Below are positions 33,546 through 43,029 of a stretch of DNA of 51,605 nt, in pieces; the stretch's first letter is position 1, and each line of letters starts with the position of its first letter. Position numbers and translations under genes: made by a program. The notes below the pieces were generated by a model. It searched no databases and had not been told where the DNA came from. It saw nothing but the letters and a program-made list of their open reading frames with translations. The stretch comes from an uncultured Mycoplasmatota bacterium (GTDB lineage: Bacteria; Bacillota_I; Bacilli_A; RF39; UBA660): positions 1-51,605 of the forward strand of contig CAMMBX010000001.1 in the NCBI GenBank assembly GCA_946494345.1, given 5' to 3'.

Positions 33546-34973
33546 ATGAAAAAGCATAATACACTTAAAGTTGTTATTATAACATTACTTTTATTTGCTT
33601 TGTTAACATGGATTTTACCTTGTGCAACTTATCAAACTGAGTATACAGAACTTGGTAGATATCAAGTGGGAATATTTGATATTTTATCATATCAATCAAC
33701 TGTACTTGGTTACTTTGGTTATGTTGCTTTATTTGTATTAGTTGTTGGTGGTTTCTATGGTGTTTTATACAAAACAGGAGCTTATAGAAGAGTGCTAGAT
33801 ACCTTAGTAAAGAAGTTTAAAGGTAAAGAAGTAATATGCCTAGTAATTATTATGGCTTTATTTGCATTTTTAACTTCATTTGCAGGATTACAATTAGCAT
33901 TATTAATGTTATTCCCATTTGTTATTTCTTTAGTACTTATGATGGGTTATAACAAGCTTGCAGCGACTGCTGTTACAGCAGGTAGTGTGGCTGTAGGTTT
34001 AATGGGAACAACATTCTCTTATAATACAACTCAAGTATTACAACAATACTTATCAGTAGAGCTTACAGATCTAATTTGGGCTAAAATTGTTTTATTAGTT
34101 TTAGGAGTAGTTTTACTTGCTTTATTTGTATTAAAATTTGGTAAGAAGGCTAGTACTAAAAAGGTTGATGATAAAGAAGAATTTATCCCAGAAGAAGTTA
34201 AGAGTACTAAAGCTAAAGAGAAAGATAAGGACAAAAAACATAAAGTTAGAGTATGGCCATTAGTTGTAATTTTAGATTTAATACTAATTGTTACAATTAT
34301 AGGTTTCATTCCTTGGAATGGTGCTTTTGGCATAACTTTATTTGATGATATAACTACTGCTATTACAGAGTTTGAGTTATTTGGCTTCCCTATCTTTGGT
34401 AAGATTTTAGGAGCTGTTAGTGCTTTTGGTAATTGGACTTTAGTAGAACTAGTAACTCTAATGTTACTTGCTATCATTATCATTAAATTTGTTTATAAAA
34501 TTAAATGGGATGATATATTTGAAGGCTTTGGTAAAGGTGTAAGACGTGCATTAGTACCTGCATTAATTGTAATACTAATTTATACTTGTTTAGTACTTAC
34601 TACATATGATCCATATCAATTAGTTATCTATAACTTTATTTTAGGATTAACTAAAGGATTTAACATCTTTACTACTGGTTTAGTTGTAGTTATTTCTAGT
34701 ATCTTTAACGGAGATCCACTTTATGCATTTTATAGTGTATTACCATATTTTGTAAGTGTTGTTACTGATACTAATAATTATCAACTAATTGCTGTAATAT
34801 TCCAAGCATTATATGGTATTGTTACTTTAGTAGCGCCAACTAGTATTCCACTTATGGTAACACTTGCTTATACTAATACTTCTTATAAAGATTGGTTTAA
34901 GTATATTTGGAAATTCTTAGTTGCTTTACTTGTTGTAGCATTTATAATCTTTACAATATTATTAATAATATAA
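33546..34973 (+). CDS. YfcC-family (DcuC-like) integral membrane transporter
   Basis: ~475 aa, >10 TM. The N-terminus MKKHNTLKVVIITLLLFALLTWILP.. is typical of YfcC. A central charged loop is present. GGAAGGAGAG precedes ATG 33546 (the track opens at TTG 33528). Confidence 0.7.
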   Translation: MKKHNTLKVVIITLLLFALLTWILPCATYQTEYTELGRYQVGIFDILSYQSTVLGYFGYVALFVLVVGGFYGVLYKTGAYRRVLDTLVKKFKGKEVICLVIIMALFAFLTSFAGLQLALLMLFPFVISLVLMMGYNKLAATAVTAGSVAVGLMGTTFSYNTTQVLQQYLSVELTDLIWAKIVLLVLGVVLLALFVLKFGKKASTKKVDDKEEFIPEEVKSTKAKEKDKDKKHKVRVWPLVVILDLILIVTIIGFIPWNGAFGITLFDDITTAITEFELFGFPIFGKILGAVSAFGNWTLVELVTLMLLAIIIIKFVYKIKWDDIFEGFGKGVRRALVPALIVILIYTCLVLTTYDPYQLVIYNFILGLTKGFNIFTTGLVVVISSIFNGDPLYAFYSVLPYFVSVVTDTNNYQLIAVIFQALYGIVTLVAPTSIPLMVTLAYTNTSYKDWFKYIWKFLVALLVVAFIIFTILLII

Positions 34974-34983
34974 TAATATTTCT

Positions 34984-35008
34984 AGGCCCCTTAAGGGGTC
35001 TTTTTTTT
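34984..35008 (+). terminator. Rho-independent terminator
   Basis: aggcccc / ggggtct stem with loop ttaa, followed by T8. Confidence 0.8.
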
Positions 35009-35085
35009 GTCAGTTTTTTTGGTCTTTAATTTCTTGATTAAAATAAGTAAAAATCCTTACAATAATATTAGATTGGAGGAATTAT

Positions 35086-37374
35086 ATGTTTTCAAGATTT
35101 AGTGAAGAAGCACAGAAAGCTTTAATACTTGCAAAGAAAGAGATGAATAATTTAAGACATCCTTATGTAGGAAGTGAACACTTATTTTTAGCTATACTTT
35201 CGATGAAGGATTTAGAACTAACTAAAACTTTAGCTAGTTATAATATAACTTATGAAGTTTTTAAAAAAGAACTTATTAAAATAATTGGTGTTGGTAAAGA
35301 AGCTAATGAGTGGTTTTTGTATACACCTTTGTTAAAAAGAGTTATAGAGACAGCTATATTAAATAGTAAAGAAAAAGGTGAAGTAGAAGTTAGTGTAAAT
35401 GAGCTGTTACTGGCAATACTTGAAGAAGGTGAAGGTGTTGCTATTAGACTTTTAATTGGTCTTAATATTGATGTTGACGAAATTTATAATTATATTTCTA
35501 AAGATAGTAAAGTTACTAGTAAAGCAATACATAGAAAATTACTAGTTGAAGAGTTTGCTGTTAATCTTAATAAAAAAGTGATAGGTAATGAAGTTGATCC
35601 TGTTATAGGACGTGAAGATGAAATTAAAAGCTTAATAGAAATATTATGTAGAAGAGGTAAGAATAATCCTTTATTAATTGGGGAAGCAGGGGTTGGTAAG
35701 ACGGCTATTGTAGAAGAGCTTGCTAGAAGAATAGTAGAAGGAAACGTTCCTAAATCTTTAAAAGATAAAACGATACTTTCTTTACCTATGGCTAATTTAG
35801 TAGCAGGAACTAAATATCGTGGTGAGTTTGAAGAAAGAGTCTCTAAAATACTAAAAGAACTTGAGGAAAATGACGATATTATTGTCTTTATAGATGAGAT
35901 TCATACTATTGTTGGAGCAGGTGGTGCAGAAGGGGCGATAGATGCATCTAATATTATAAAACCGGCATTAGCAAGAGGTAAGATTAGAGTTATAGGAGCA
36001 ACGACTACTTATGAATATCATACTTTTATAGAAAAGGATAAGGCTTTAAATAGAAGATTTCAAATTATTATGATTGATGAGCCTAATACTTCGAAAACAA
36101 AAGATATCTTAAAAAAGTTAAAACCTTTATATGAAGCTTATCATTTTGTTAGTATTAGTGATGATATTATAGATTTGATAGTTGATCTTAGTGATACATA
36201 TATTTATGAATATTATCAGCCTGATAAATCAATTGATATTTTAGATGAAGTTTGTACTAAAGCATCTTTGTTAGAAAGTAAAAATGATTCTATTCTTTGT
36301 AGGATAAATAATGAATTACAAGAAGTTATAAGTGATAAGAAAAAGGCAATTATTAAGCAAGATTTTGATCTAGCATCTACTTATAAAGAAAAAGAGAAGG
36401 AATTACTTAGTAGGAAGAATGAACTTGAACTTAATTTAATGATGAAAAGAAAGCCTAAGAAAATAACGAAAGAAATGGTGGCGGATGTTATATATTTGAA
36501 GACAAAGATACCTGTTTATGAAATTAATAAGAGCAGTAGAAAAATTATTAATAATTTAGATAAGAACTTAAAAAAGAAAGTTTTAGGTCAAGATGATATT
36601 ATTAATGATTTGTGTAATAGAGTTAAAAAAATAAGGCTTGGTTTTCAAGATAAGCCTCATATTGAATCTTTTTTATTCTGTGGAAAAACTGGAGTAGGAA
36701 AGACATTATTGGTTAAAGAATTTGTAAAACTTTTATATGGAGATGATAATTTTATAAGACTTGATATGAGTGAATATAAAGAGGCACATACTGTTAGTAA
36801 GATTATTGGTTCTCCTCCGGGTTATGTTGGATTTGATAATCATTTAACTGTTTTAGATACAATTAGAATGCATCCACACTGTGTTATTTTACTTGATGAG
36901 ATTGAGAAAGCTTCTAGTGAAGTGATGAAACTTTTCTTACAGGTGCTTGATGAAGGAGTTTTAACTGACTCTCGGGGTAGAAAGGTTAGATTTGATAATG
37001 TGTTTTTGTTTATGACTACTAATTTAGGGTATTCTAATGACTCTATAGGTTTTACAGAGAGTAAGAACAATGTCGATATAGAAGAGTTTTTAGGTGTGGA
37101 ATTTGTTAATCGAATAGGTAAGATTTATTACTTTAATGATATAAGTAGTGATGTTATTCACAAAATTGTGGAAAAAAGATTAAGTGTGTTAATAGAAGGA
37201 TTTAAAAAGAAAGATTTAAAGATAAAGATATCCCCATCAATTGTGGATAAAGTTATAGAGGAAAGTAATTATGAAAAGTTCGGAGCGAGAAGGGTTGATA
37301 AAGTTATAGATGAAGTGGTTACTCCTATTATTGTCGATGCATGGTATAATGGTAAGAAAGAGATAACGGTTTGA
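35086..37374 (+). CDS. clpC: ATP-dependent Clp protease ATP-binding subunit ClpC
   Basis: Two Clp_N repeats, AAA-1 GEAGVGKTA, UVR-like linker, AAA-2 GKTGVGKTL, and the IGSPPGYVGF sensor region. Confidence 0.9.
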   Translation: MFSRFSEEAQKALILAKKEMNNLRHPYVGSEHLFLAILSMKDLELTKTLASYNITYEVFKKELIKIIGVGKEANEWFLYTPLLKRVIETAILNSKEKGEVEVSVNELLLAILEEGEGVAIRLLIGLNIDVDEIYNYISKDSKVTSKAIHRKLLVEEFAVNLNKKVIGNEVDPVIGREDEIKSLIEILCRRGKNNPLLIGEAGVGKTAIVEELARRIVEGNVPKSLKDKTILSLPMANLVAGTKYRGEFEERVSKILKELEENDDIIVFIDEIHTIVGAGGAEGAIDASNIIKPALARGKIRVIGATTTYEYHTFIEKDKALNRRFQIIMIDEPNTSKTKDILKKLKPLYEAYHFVSISDDIIDLIVDLSDTYIYEYYQPDKSIDILDEVCTKASLLESKNDSILCRINNELQEVISDKKKAIIKQDFDLASTYKEKEKELLSRKNELELNLMMKRKPKKITKEMVADVIYLKTKIPVYEINKSSRKIINNLDKNLKKKVLGQDDIINDLCNRVKKIRLGFQDKPHIESFLFCGKTGVGKTLLVKEFVKLLYGDDNFIRLDMSEYKEAHTVSKIIGSPPGYVGFDNHLTVLDTIRMHPHCVILLDEIEKASSEVMKLFLQVLDEGVLTDSRGRKVRFDNVFLFMTTNLGYSNDSIGFTESKNNVDIEEFLGVEFVNRIGKIYYFNDISSDVIHKIVEKRLSVLIEGFKKKDLKIKISPSIVDKVIEESNYEKFGARRVDKVIDEVVTPIIVDAWYNGKKEITV

Positions 37375-37462
37375 CTAATTTAATATGATATTATTGGCTA
37401 ATTTAACATGTATATATTGACTAATTTAACACAAGCATATTGACTTTTGTAATATTTAAATG
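37371..37462 (+). repeat. Four head-to-tail 23-bp repeats (TTGRCTAATTTAAY core)
   Basis: Units start at 37371, 37394, 37417 and 37440. The last unit supplies a -35 TTGACT, with TATTAT (37463-37468) 17 nt downstream. Confidence 0.8.
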
Positions 37463-37485
37463 TATTATTAAAGTGAAAGGCAGTG

Positions 37486-38724
37486 ATGATTATGTATCCA
37501 AGAGAAGCGAAAGAGATAATTAAAAATATCAGTAAAACATTTAAAGTTTTGTTAGTAACAGGACCTAGACAAGTTGGTAAAACAACACTTTTACTTAGTT
37601 TAAAACCTGATAATATGGAATATATAACTTTGGATGATGAAGTTTTAAGGGAACAAGCGAAGAGTGATCCTAAATTATTTTTAGAAGAACATCCTGCTCC
37701 TTTGCTTATTGATGAAGTACAGTATGCTCCTAATTTGTTTTCTTATATAAAAATAAATGTTGATAAAGAAAATAAAAATGGAATGTACTGGTTAACAGGC
37801 TCACAACAATTTCATTTGATGAAAAATGTTAGTGAGTCATTAGCGGGTCGTGTTGGTATTATTAATTTAAATAGTTTTATGTATTCTGAAATAGTTAAAA
37901 ATGAAAAGAAAGAATTGTTCGACCCTGCTAAATTAAATGAGTATAAAACTATGCCTAAGATTGATGTTAATAAATTATATGAGATAATATTTAAAGGTGG
38001 TATGCCTACACTTTATATGGAGAAAGATTTATCTTGTGATATTTATTTTAGTAGTTATCTTAATACTTATATTTCTCGTGATGTTAAAGAATTAACAGAG
38101 ATAGGAAATGAACTTAGTTTTAGAAAATTTATTGTAAGTGTGGCTTCAAGGACAGGAGAACAACTTAATTATACGGCTCTTGCTAATGATGCTTTAATTA
38201 GTGTTCCTACGGCTGTTAGATGGATGAGTATTTTAGTAACGTCTGGTCTTGTTTATTTACTTGAACCTTATATGAATAGTGAACTTAAAAGAATAACTCA
38301 TTTACCTAAAATTGTATTTATGGATACAGGTCTTGCTGCTTATTTAGCAGGATATACTAGTGCAAGAGAGTTACAGCTTGGTTCTAGTTCAGGACATTAT
38401 TTAGAAACATTTATTGTTAGTGAGATAATTAAAGCATATAATGCAAGAGGCGTTACTCCTAATCTTTATTATTATCGTGATAAAGAGAAAAATGAAATTG
38501 ATTTAATATTTTATAAGAATAATAAGTTATATCCTTTAGAAATTAAAAAAACTGCTATTCCTAAAAAAGAAATGATTAAGAATTTTAGTAAGTTAGAGAA
38601 AACTAAAAAAGAAATAGGTACTGGGGGAATTATTTGTTTTTATGATACTTTGACTAAGTTAGATGAAAATAATTATATTATACCTGTTTCTAATGTTATT
38701 AATTATAGTGGGCCTCAAGATTAA
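37486..38724 (+). CDS. AAA+ ATPase of the AAA_14/DUF4143 (COG1373) type
   Basis: Walker A VTGPRQVGKTT, Walker B LLIDEVQY, and a C-terminal region of the DUF4143 pattern (YYYRDKEKNEIDLI..LEIKK, restriction-endonuclease-like). The track opens at GTG 37483. Confidence 0.7.
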   Translation: MIMYPREAKEIIKNISKTFKVLLVTGPRQVGKTTLLLSLKPDNMEYITLDDEVLREQAKSDPKLFLEEHPAPLLIDEVQYAPNLFSYIKINVDKENKNGMYWLTGSQQFHLMKNVSESLAGRVGIINLNSFMYSEIVKNEKKELFDPAKLNEYKTMPKIDVNKLYEIIFKGGMPTLYMEKDLSCDIYFSSYLNTYISRDVKELTEIGNELSFRKFIVSVASRTGEQLNYTALANDALISVPTAVRWMSILVTSGLVYLLEPYMNSELKRITHLPKIVFMDTGLAAYLAGYTSARELQLGSSSGHYLETFIVSEIIKAYNARGVTPNLYYYRDKEKNEIDLIFYKNNKLYPLEIKKTAIPKKEMIKNFSKLEKTKKEIGTGGIICFYDTLTKLDENNYIIPVSNVINYSGPQD

Positions 38725-38737
38725 AGTCTTGAGGTTT
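38713..38737 (+). terminator. Hairpin overlapping the ATPase stop codon
   Basis: cctcaaga / tcttgagg stem with loop ttaaag and a weak T-run (tttatt). Confidence 0.5.
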
Positions 38738-38755
38738 ATTAGGTTGAGTATAGAA

Positions 38756-38815
38756 AAAGTATAGAATAAAGTATACAATAAAGTAGACTATAAAGTATAC
38801 AATATAGTATATATA
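38756..38815 (+). repeat. Five head-to-tail 12-bp repeats (AAAGTATACAAT-like)
   Basis: aaagtatagaat aaagtatacaat aaagtagactat aaagtatacaat atagtatatata. Confidence 0.75.
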
Positions 38816-38999
38816 TATGATGATGTTACGTTACTACTGGAGATGCAACTAGCCATAGATAAAGATTTTATTTATCTTGAGTAGTTTTAAAATGTAATAA
38901 TATTATAAATAAAATTATATGTTTAGACTTATTTGTTATAGAAAAAACCATGATAATAAGATATAATATGAGTAAGTAAATGCGAAGGAGATATTTATT

Positions 39000-39731
39000 A
39001 TGGTTTATGGTAATAAAGAATTTTATCAATTAAGTGATGTTATATTTGGATTAAGAGTAGAATATCAGAAAGTTCAGAGAAAGTTAGAATCTTTGAAAGA
39101 GTATGCAAGAGTTGATAGTGATTATGAAAACTTAACTTTTTCATTTAATCCACAAACAAAAAAATTAGTTTATGATTGCACCTTAAAACACAATAGATTA
39201 GATAGAATATTTTCAAGTACTTTATTTGGTGCTAATGTTAAAAAGAAAAATGGAATTTACTGTTCTGATGAAGTTTTAACAATTATGGATAGTAAAAAGT
39301 TTGGTAAGATAGCTAAAAATATATTGGATGATAATTTTAGTGATGGAATAGAGTTCTCTACAAAGTTTAGAAATAGAGATGATAGTAATCAGGTGGTTGA
39401 AATGAATATTTATTCTGGTAGTATTCATATATATTTAGATAATTTGTCAAAACTAAAAAGTTCAATTACAATGTCTTATTATGCTACTGGTGATATGATT
39501 AGTGTTAATAAAAAAATGGGAATTTTAACAAAACTTGATATATATGATTTATTAAATGTTAAATTTCCGGGAGATATGTTGTCTAATTATCATATAGATT
39601 TAATAGATTATGCAGATAATAATAAGGCTGTTGAATTAATGATGGGTAAAGGATTAAGGTCTAATTGTGATTTAGATATCATAGAAGAAAGAAATAAATT
39701 CATTTTACAAAAGCAGAAAAGAAATCTATAA
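39000..39731 (+). CDS. Hypothetical protein (243 aa)
   Basis: ATG preceded by AAGGAGA. A long ORF with no recognisable motif and no TM segment. Confidence 0.55.
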   Translation: MVYGNKEFYQLSDVIFGLRVEYQKVQRKLESLKEYARVDSDYENLTFSFNPQTKKLVYDCTLKHNRLDRIFSSTLFGANVKKKNGIYCSDEVLTIMDSKKFGKIAKNILDDNFSDGIEFSTKFRNRDDSNQVVEMNIYSGSIHIYLDNLSKLKSSITMSYYATGDMISVNKKMGILTKLDIYDLLNVKFPGDMLSNYHIDLIDYADNNKAVELMMGKGLRSNCDLDIIEERNKFILQKQKRNL

Positions 39732-39829
39732 AATATTCATATAATACAATAAGGGATTATTATCTAGTCTCTTATTTTCTTTTATATCTTTTAATGATAT
39801 AATATATACAATTAGAAAGAGGTGACGTT

Positions 39830-41212
39830 ATGAAGTTATATAATACTCTTACAAGAAGTGTAGAAGAGTTTGTACCAATAGATAAGAATGAAGTTAAGAT
39901 GTATACTTGTGGTCCTACTGTTTATCACTATGCTCATATTGGTAATTTAAGGACTTATATAATGGAAGATATATTAGAGAAGACTTTAAATATGTTAGGT
40001 TATAAAGTTAAGCGTTGTATGAATATTACTGATGTTGGACATTTGTCAAGTGATTCTGATAGTGGCGAAGATAAAATGCTTAAAAGTGCTAAGAGAGAAC
40101 ATAAATCAGTATTAGATATCGCTAAGTTTTACACTGATGAGTTTAAAAAAGATACTGAGAAACTTAATATTAAGTGGCCTAGTATTGTAAGCCCTGCTAC
40201 TAGTAATATAGATTCTTATATAAAGATGATAGAGAAGTTACTTGATGAAGGTTATGCTTATAAAGCAGGTGGTAATGTTTATTTTGATACTTCTAAACTT
40301 AGTGACTATTATATTCTAACTAATCATAAAGTGGATGATATGGTTGTTGGGGTTCGTGAAGGAGTAGAGTTTGATAGTAATAAGAAAAATCAAGCGGACT
40401 TTGTTTTGTGGTTTACTAAGTCTAAGTTTGATTCACAAGAGTTAAAATGGGATAGTCCTTTTGGAGTAGGTTATCCTGGTTGGCATATAGAGTGTTCTTG
40501 TATTGCTATTAAAAATCTTGGAGAACGTCTTGATATTCACTGTGGAGGAGTTGATAATATCTTTCCTCATCATACTAATGAAATTGCCCAGAGTGAAGCT
40601 TATTTAGGCCATAAATGGTGTAATTATTGGGTACATGGAGAACACTTAAATGATAAAAGTGGTAAGATGAGTAAATCTAAAGGACATATACTTACGGTTA
40701 GTACTTTAGAAGAAAAGGGATTTAATCCTTTAAGTTATCGTTATATGTGTTTAGAGTCTCATTATCGTAAACCATTACTTTTTACTTATGAAGCTTTAGG
40801 ACAAGCTGAGAATGCTTATAAGAAACTTAAGAATAGAGTATCTTTACTTAAAGATGAAGGAGAAATTGATGAGACGATAGTTAAAACATATTTAGATAAG
40901 TTTAAAGAAGCTTTATCTGATGATATGAATACAGCGATGGCTTTAACAATTCTTTATGAAGTGTTAAAGCTTGATACTAGTGATAAAACTAAGAAACATT
41001 TAGTTATGGAATTTGATAAAGTTTTAAGTTTAGATTTGTTAAAAGATGATATAATAGATATTGATGATGAGATAAAAAGTTTAATAGAAAAGAGAAATAT
41101 TGCTAAGCAAAATAAAGATTATGCTGAAGCGGATAGAATTCGTGATTATTTAGAAAGTAAAGGTATTAGATTAATAGATGGTAGAGATGGTATTACTATA
41201 GAGAAAATATAG
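39830..41212 (+). CDS. cysS: Cysteine--tRNA ligase
   Basis: HIGH motif AHIGNLRT, KMSKS motif GKMSKSKGH, and WHIECS zinc-binding region. Confidence 0.95.
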   Translation: MKLYNTLTRSVEEFVPIDKNEVKMYTCGPTVYHYAHIGNLRTYIMEDILEKTLNMLGYKVKRCMNITDVGHLSSDSDSGEDKMLKSAKREHKSVLDIAKFYTDEFKKDTEKLNIKWPSIVSPATSNIDSYIKMIEKLLDEGYAYKAGGNVYFDTSKLSDYYILTNHKVDDMVVGVREGVEFDSNKKNQADFVLWFTKSKFDSQELKWDSPFGVGYPGWHIECSCIAIKNLGERLDIHCGGVDNIFPHHTNEIAQSEAYLGHKWCNYWVHGEHLNDKSGKMSKSKGHILTVSTLEEKGFNPLSYRYMCLESHYRKPLLFTYEALGQAENAYKKLKNRVSLLKDEGEIDETIVKTYLDKFKEALSDDMNTAMALTILYEVLKLDTSDKTKKHLVMEFDKVLSLDLLKDDIIDIDDEIKSLIEKRNIAKQNKDYAEADRIRDYLESKGIRLIDGRDGITIEKI

Positions 41213-41222
41213 GAGGTTTTAA

Positions 41223-41912
41223 ATGTTTTATTATATGTATTTTGGTTATGGACTTGTTATAATTGCTTTTCTTGTAACTCTTGTTGCAGATATCTATTTA
41301 AGAACAAGATATAGTAAATATAAGAAAGTTAAAGTTAAAAGCGGTATGACAGGGGCAGAAGTTGCTAGGGAAATATTAAAAAGTAATGGACTTGATAATG
41401 TTTATGTTGTAGAGACAAGAGGATATTTAACTGACCATTATGATCCTAGGGCGAAAGTAGTTAGACTTTCAACTGATATTTACAATGGAGACTCTATTGC
41501 TAGTGTTAGTGTGGCTGCTCATGAATGTGGACATGCTGTTCAAGATAAAGAGGGATATTTCTTTTTGAAATTTAGATCTTTCTTAGTTCCTATTGTTAAT
41601 TTTAGTACTAAGTTTGGTTATTTAGCAGTTTTAATTGGTCTTATCTTTGGGGCGATGAACCTTGCATGGGTTGGTATATTCTTGTTAGTAGCAATACTTT
41701 TATTTCAACTTATTACATTACCAGTTGAATTTAATGCTTCAAAGCGTGGTAAAATGTTTCTTAGTAAATTGAAAATAGTTGATAATAGTGAAAGAAGTAT
41801 GGCTAGTTCTATGTTAAACTCAGCAGCGATGACTTATGTCGCTTCACTTATTTCAACATTACTAGATTTACTTAGACTTGTATTAATAGTTATGGGAAAT
41901 GATAGAGATTAG
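41223..41912 (+). CDS. Membrane zinc metallopeptidase (YugP-like, Zn_peptidase_2)
   Basis: HExxH as AAHECGHAVQ. An N-terminal TM and C-terminal TM segments. ~229 aa. Confidence 0.75.
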   Translation: MFYYMYFGYGLVIIAFLVTLVADIYLRTRYSKYKKVKVKSGMTGAEVAREILKSNGLDNVYVVETRGYLTDHYDPRAKVVRLSTDIYNGDSIASVSVAAHECGHAVQDKEGYFFLKFRSFLVPIVNFSTKFGYLAVLIGLIFGAMNLAWVGIFLLVAILLFQLITLPVEFNASKRGKMFLSKLKIVDNSERSMASSMLNSAAMTYVASLISTLLDLLRLVLIVMGNDRD

Positions 41913-41939
41913 ACTTTATAGTCTTTTTTCTTTAGGAGT

Positions 41940-42326
41940 GTGTTTATGGATATTAGATGTGTTAATTCTTTGGTACTTGCTTATCTTGGCGATGCAGTGT
42001 ATGAAGAATATATTAGAATGTATTTAGTTGAGAAAAAAATAAATAAAGTTAATGACTTGCAAAGAGAATCTATTAATTACGTTAGTGCGAAAAGACAGGC
42101 TTATTTCTTAGACAAGATGCTTGATGCTGCTTTTTTTAATGAAGATGAGATTAATGTTATAAGGCGAGCTAGAAATGCTAAGAGTCATCCTAATCCTAAA
42201 GGATGTAGTGTGATAGAATATAAAAAGGCAACGGCTCTTGAGGCTTTAATTGGATATTTAAAACTTGGGGGTAGAAAAACTAGAATTGATGAAGTTATGA
42301 ATTATATAGTGGAGGAATTATGTTAG
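41940..42326 (+). CDS. mrnC: Mini-ribonuclease 3
   Basis: LAYLGDAVYE signature, ~125 aa, located between cysS and rlmB as in Bacillus. Likely start is ATG 41946. Confidence 0.9.
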   Translation: MFMDIRCVNSLVLAYLGDAVYEEYIRMYLVEKKINKVNDLQRESINYVSAKRQAYFLDKMLDAAFFNEDEINVIRRARNAKSHPNPKGCSVIEYKKATALEALIGYLKLGGRKTRIDEVMNYIVEELC

Positions 42327-43024
42327 TATATGGGAGAAATGTAGCGGAAAGAATATTTAGAGATGAAAAACTTTTGAAAAAAGTTAGAAAACTTAAAATC
42401 GAAGAGAAATATTATTTAAAAATTAAAAATATGCTAGGTGAATTTCCAAGAAGTAAGATAAAATTGGCTCGAAAATCGGAAATTGATAATTTGACCAAAG
42501 ATAATCATCAAGGTATAATCATCGATATGGAGGACTACCAGTATACTCCTTTAAATAAAATACTAGAAAAAGAATATGATAAAGTACTTATTTTAGATCA
42601 TATTCTTGATCCTCATAACTTTGGGGCCATTATTAGAACGGCAGTGGCTGCAGGTTTTAATGCTATTATTATTCCTAATGATAGGCAAGTACTTGTTAAT
42701 TCTACTGTTGTTAAGACTAGTGTGGGGGCAGTATTTGATATTGATATAGTCTTGGTAACTAATCTTAATAATACTATTAAAACCCTTAAAGATAATGGTT
42801 TCTGGATATATGGTACAATTATGAATGGAGAAGATTATACTAGTATTGATTACAATGGTAAAGTTTGTCTTGTTATCGGTAATGAAGAGAAAGGTATTAG
42901 TAAATTAGTTAAAGAGTCTTGTGACTTTTTAATTACTATTCCTATTAGTCCTAAGATAGATAGTTTAAATGCCTCAGTTGCAGCAGGTATATTGATATAT
43001 GAGGTAGTCCGAAATAGAAAGTAG
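42320..43024 (+). CDS. rlmB: 23S rRNA (guanosine-2'-O)-methyltransferase RlmB (SpoU/TrmH family)
   Basis: DPHNFGAIIRTA, LVIGNEEKGIS, SLNASVAAGILIYE motifs. Confidence 0.85.
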   Translation: MLVYGRNVAERIFRDEKLLKKVRKLKIEEKYYLKIKNMLGEFPRSKIKLARKSEIDNLTKDNHQGIIIDMEDYQYTPLNKILEKEYDKVLILDHILDPHNFGAIIRTAVAAGFNAIIIPNDRQVLVNSTVVKTSVGAVFDIDIVLVTNLNNTIKTLKDNGFWIYGTIMNGEDYTSIDYNGKVCLVIGNEEKGISKLVKESCDFLITIPISPKIDSLNASVAAGILIYEVVRNRK

Positions 43025-43029
43025 GATTT

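Noticed and set aside
34031-34483. 150-aa minus-strand ORF inside the YfcC transporter gene
   Set aside because: It is an antisense shadow of a multi-TM gene. The + strand ORF has a family-typical N-terminus, promoter, SD and terminator.
35009-35027. GTCAgtttttttGGTCttt upstream of clpC as a possible CtsR operator
   Set aside because: It only loosely resembles the GGTCAAA-n3-GGTCAAA direct repeat, it overlaps the T-run of the upstream terminator, and no ctsR gene is in the window.
36840-37070. Minus-strand ORF inside clpC
   Set aside because: It is an antisense shadow of a well-supported CDS.
37371-38815. The tandem repeats flanking the ATPase gene as a CRISPR array
   Set aside because: The periods are 23 and 12 bp with no unique spacers of 25-40 bp, there are only 4-5 units, and no cas genes are present.
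38817-38852. 11-codon ORF MMMLRYYWRCN as a leader or signalling peptide
   Set aside because: It has no SD, lies in a TA-repeat context, and nothing but the triple ATG supports it. It is mentioned only as context for the spacer.
39732-39829. T-box or other leader upstream of cysS (and of lysS at 30400-30460)
   Set aside because: The cysS spacer is only ~100 nt with no GGTGGTACC-type T-box core. lysS overlaps the upstream gene. Only metG has a T-box.
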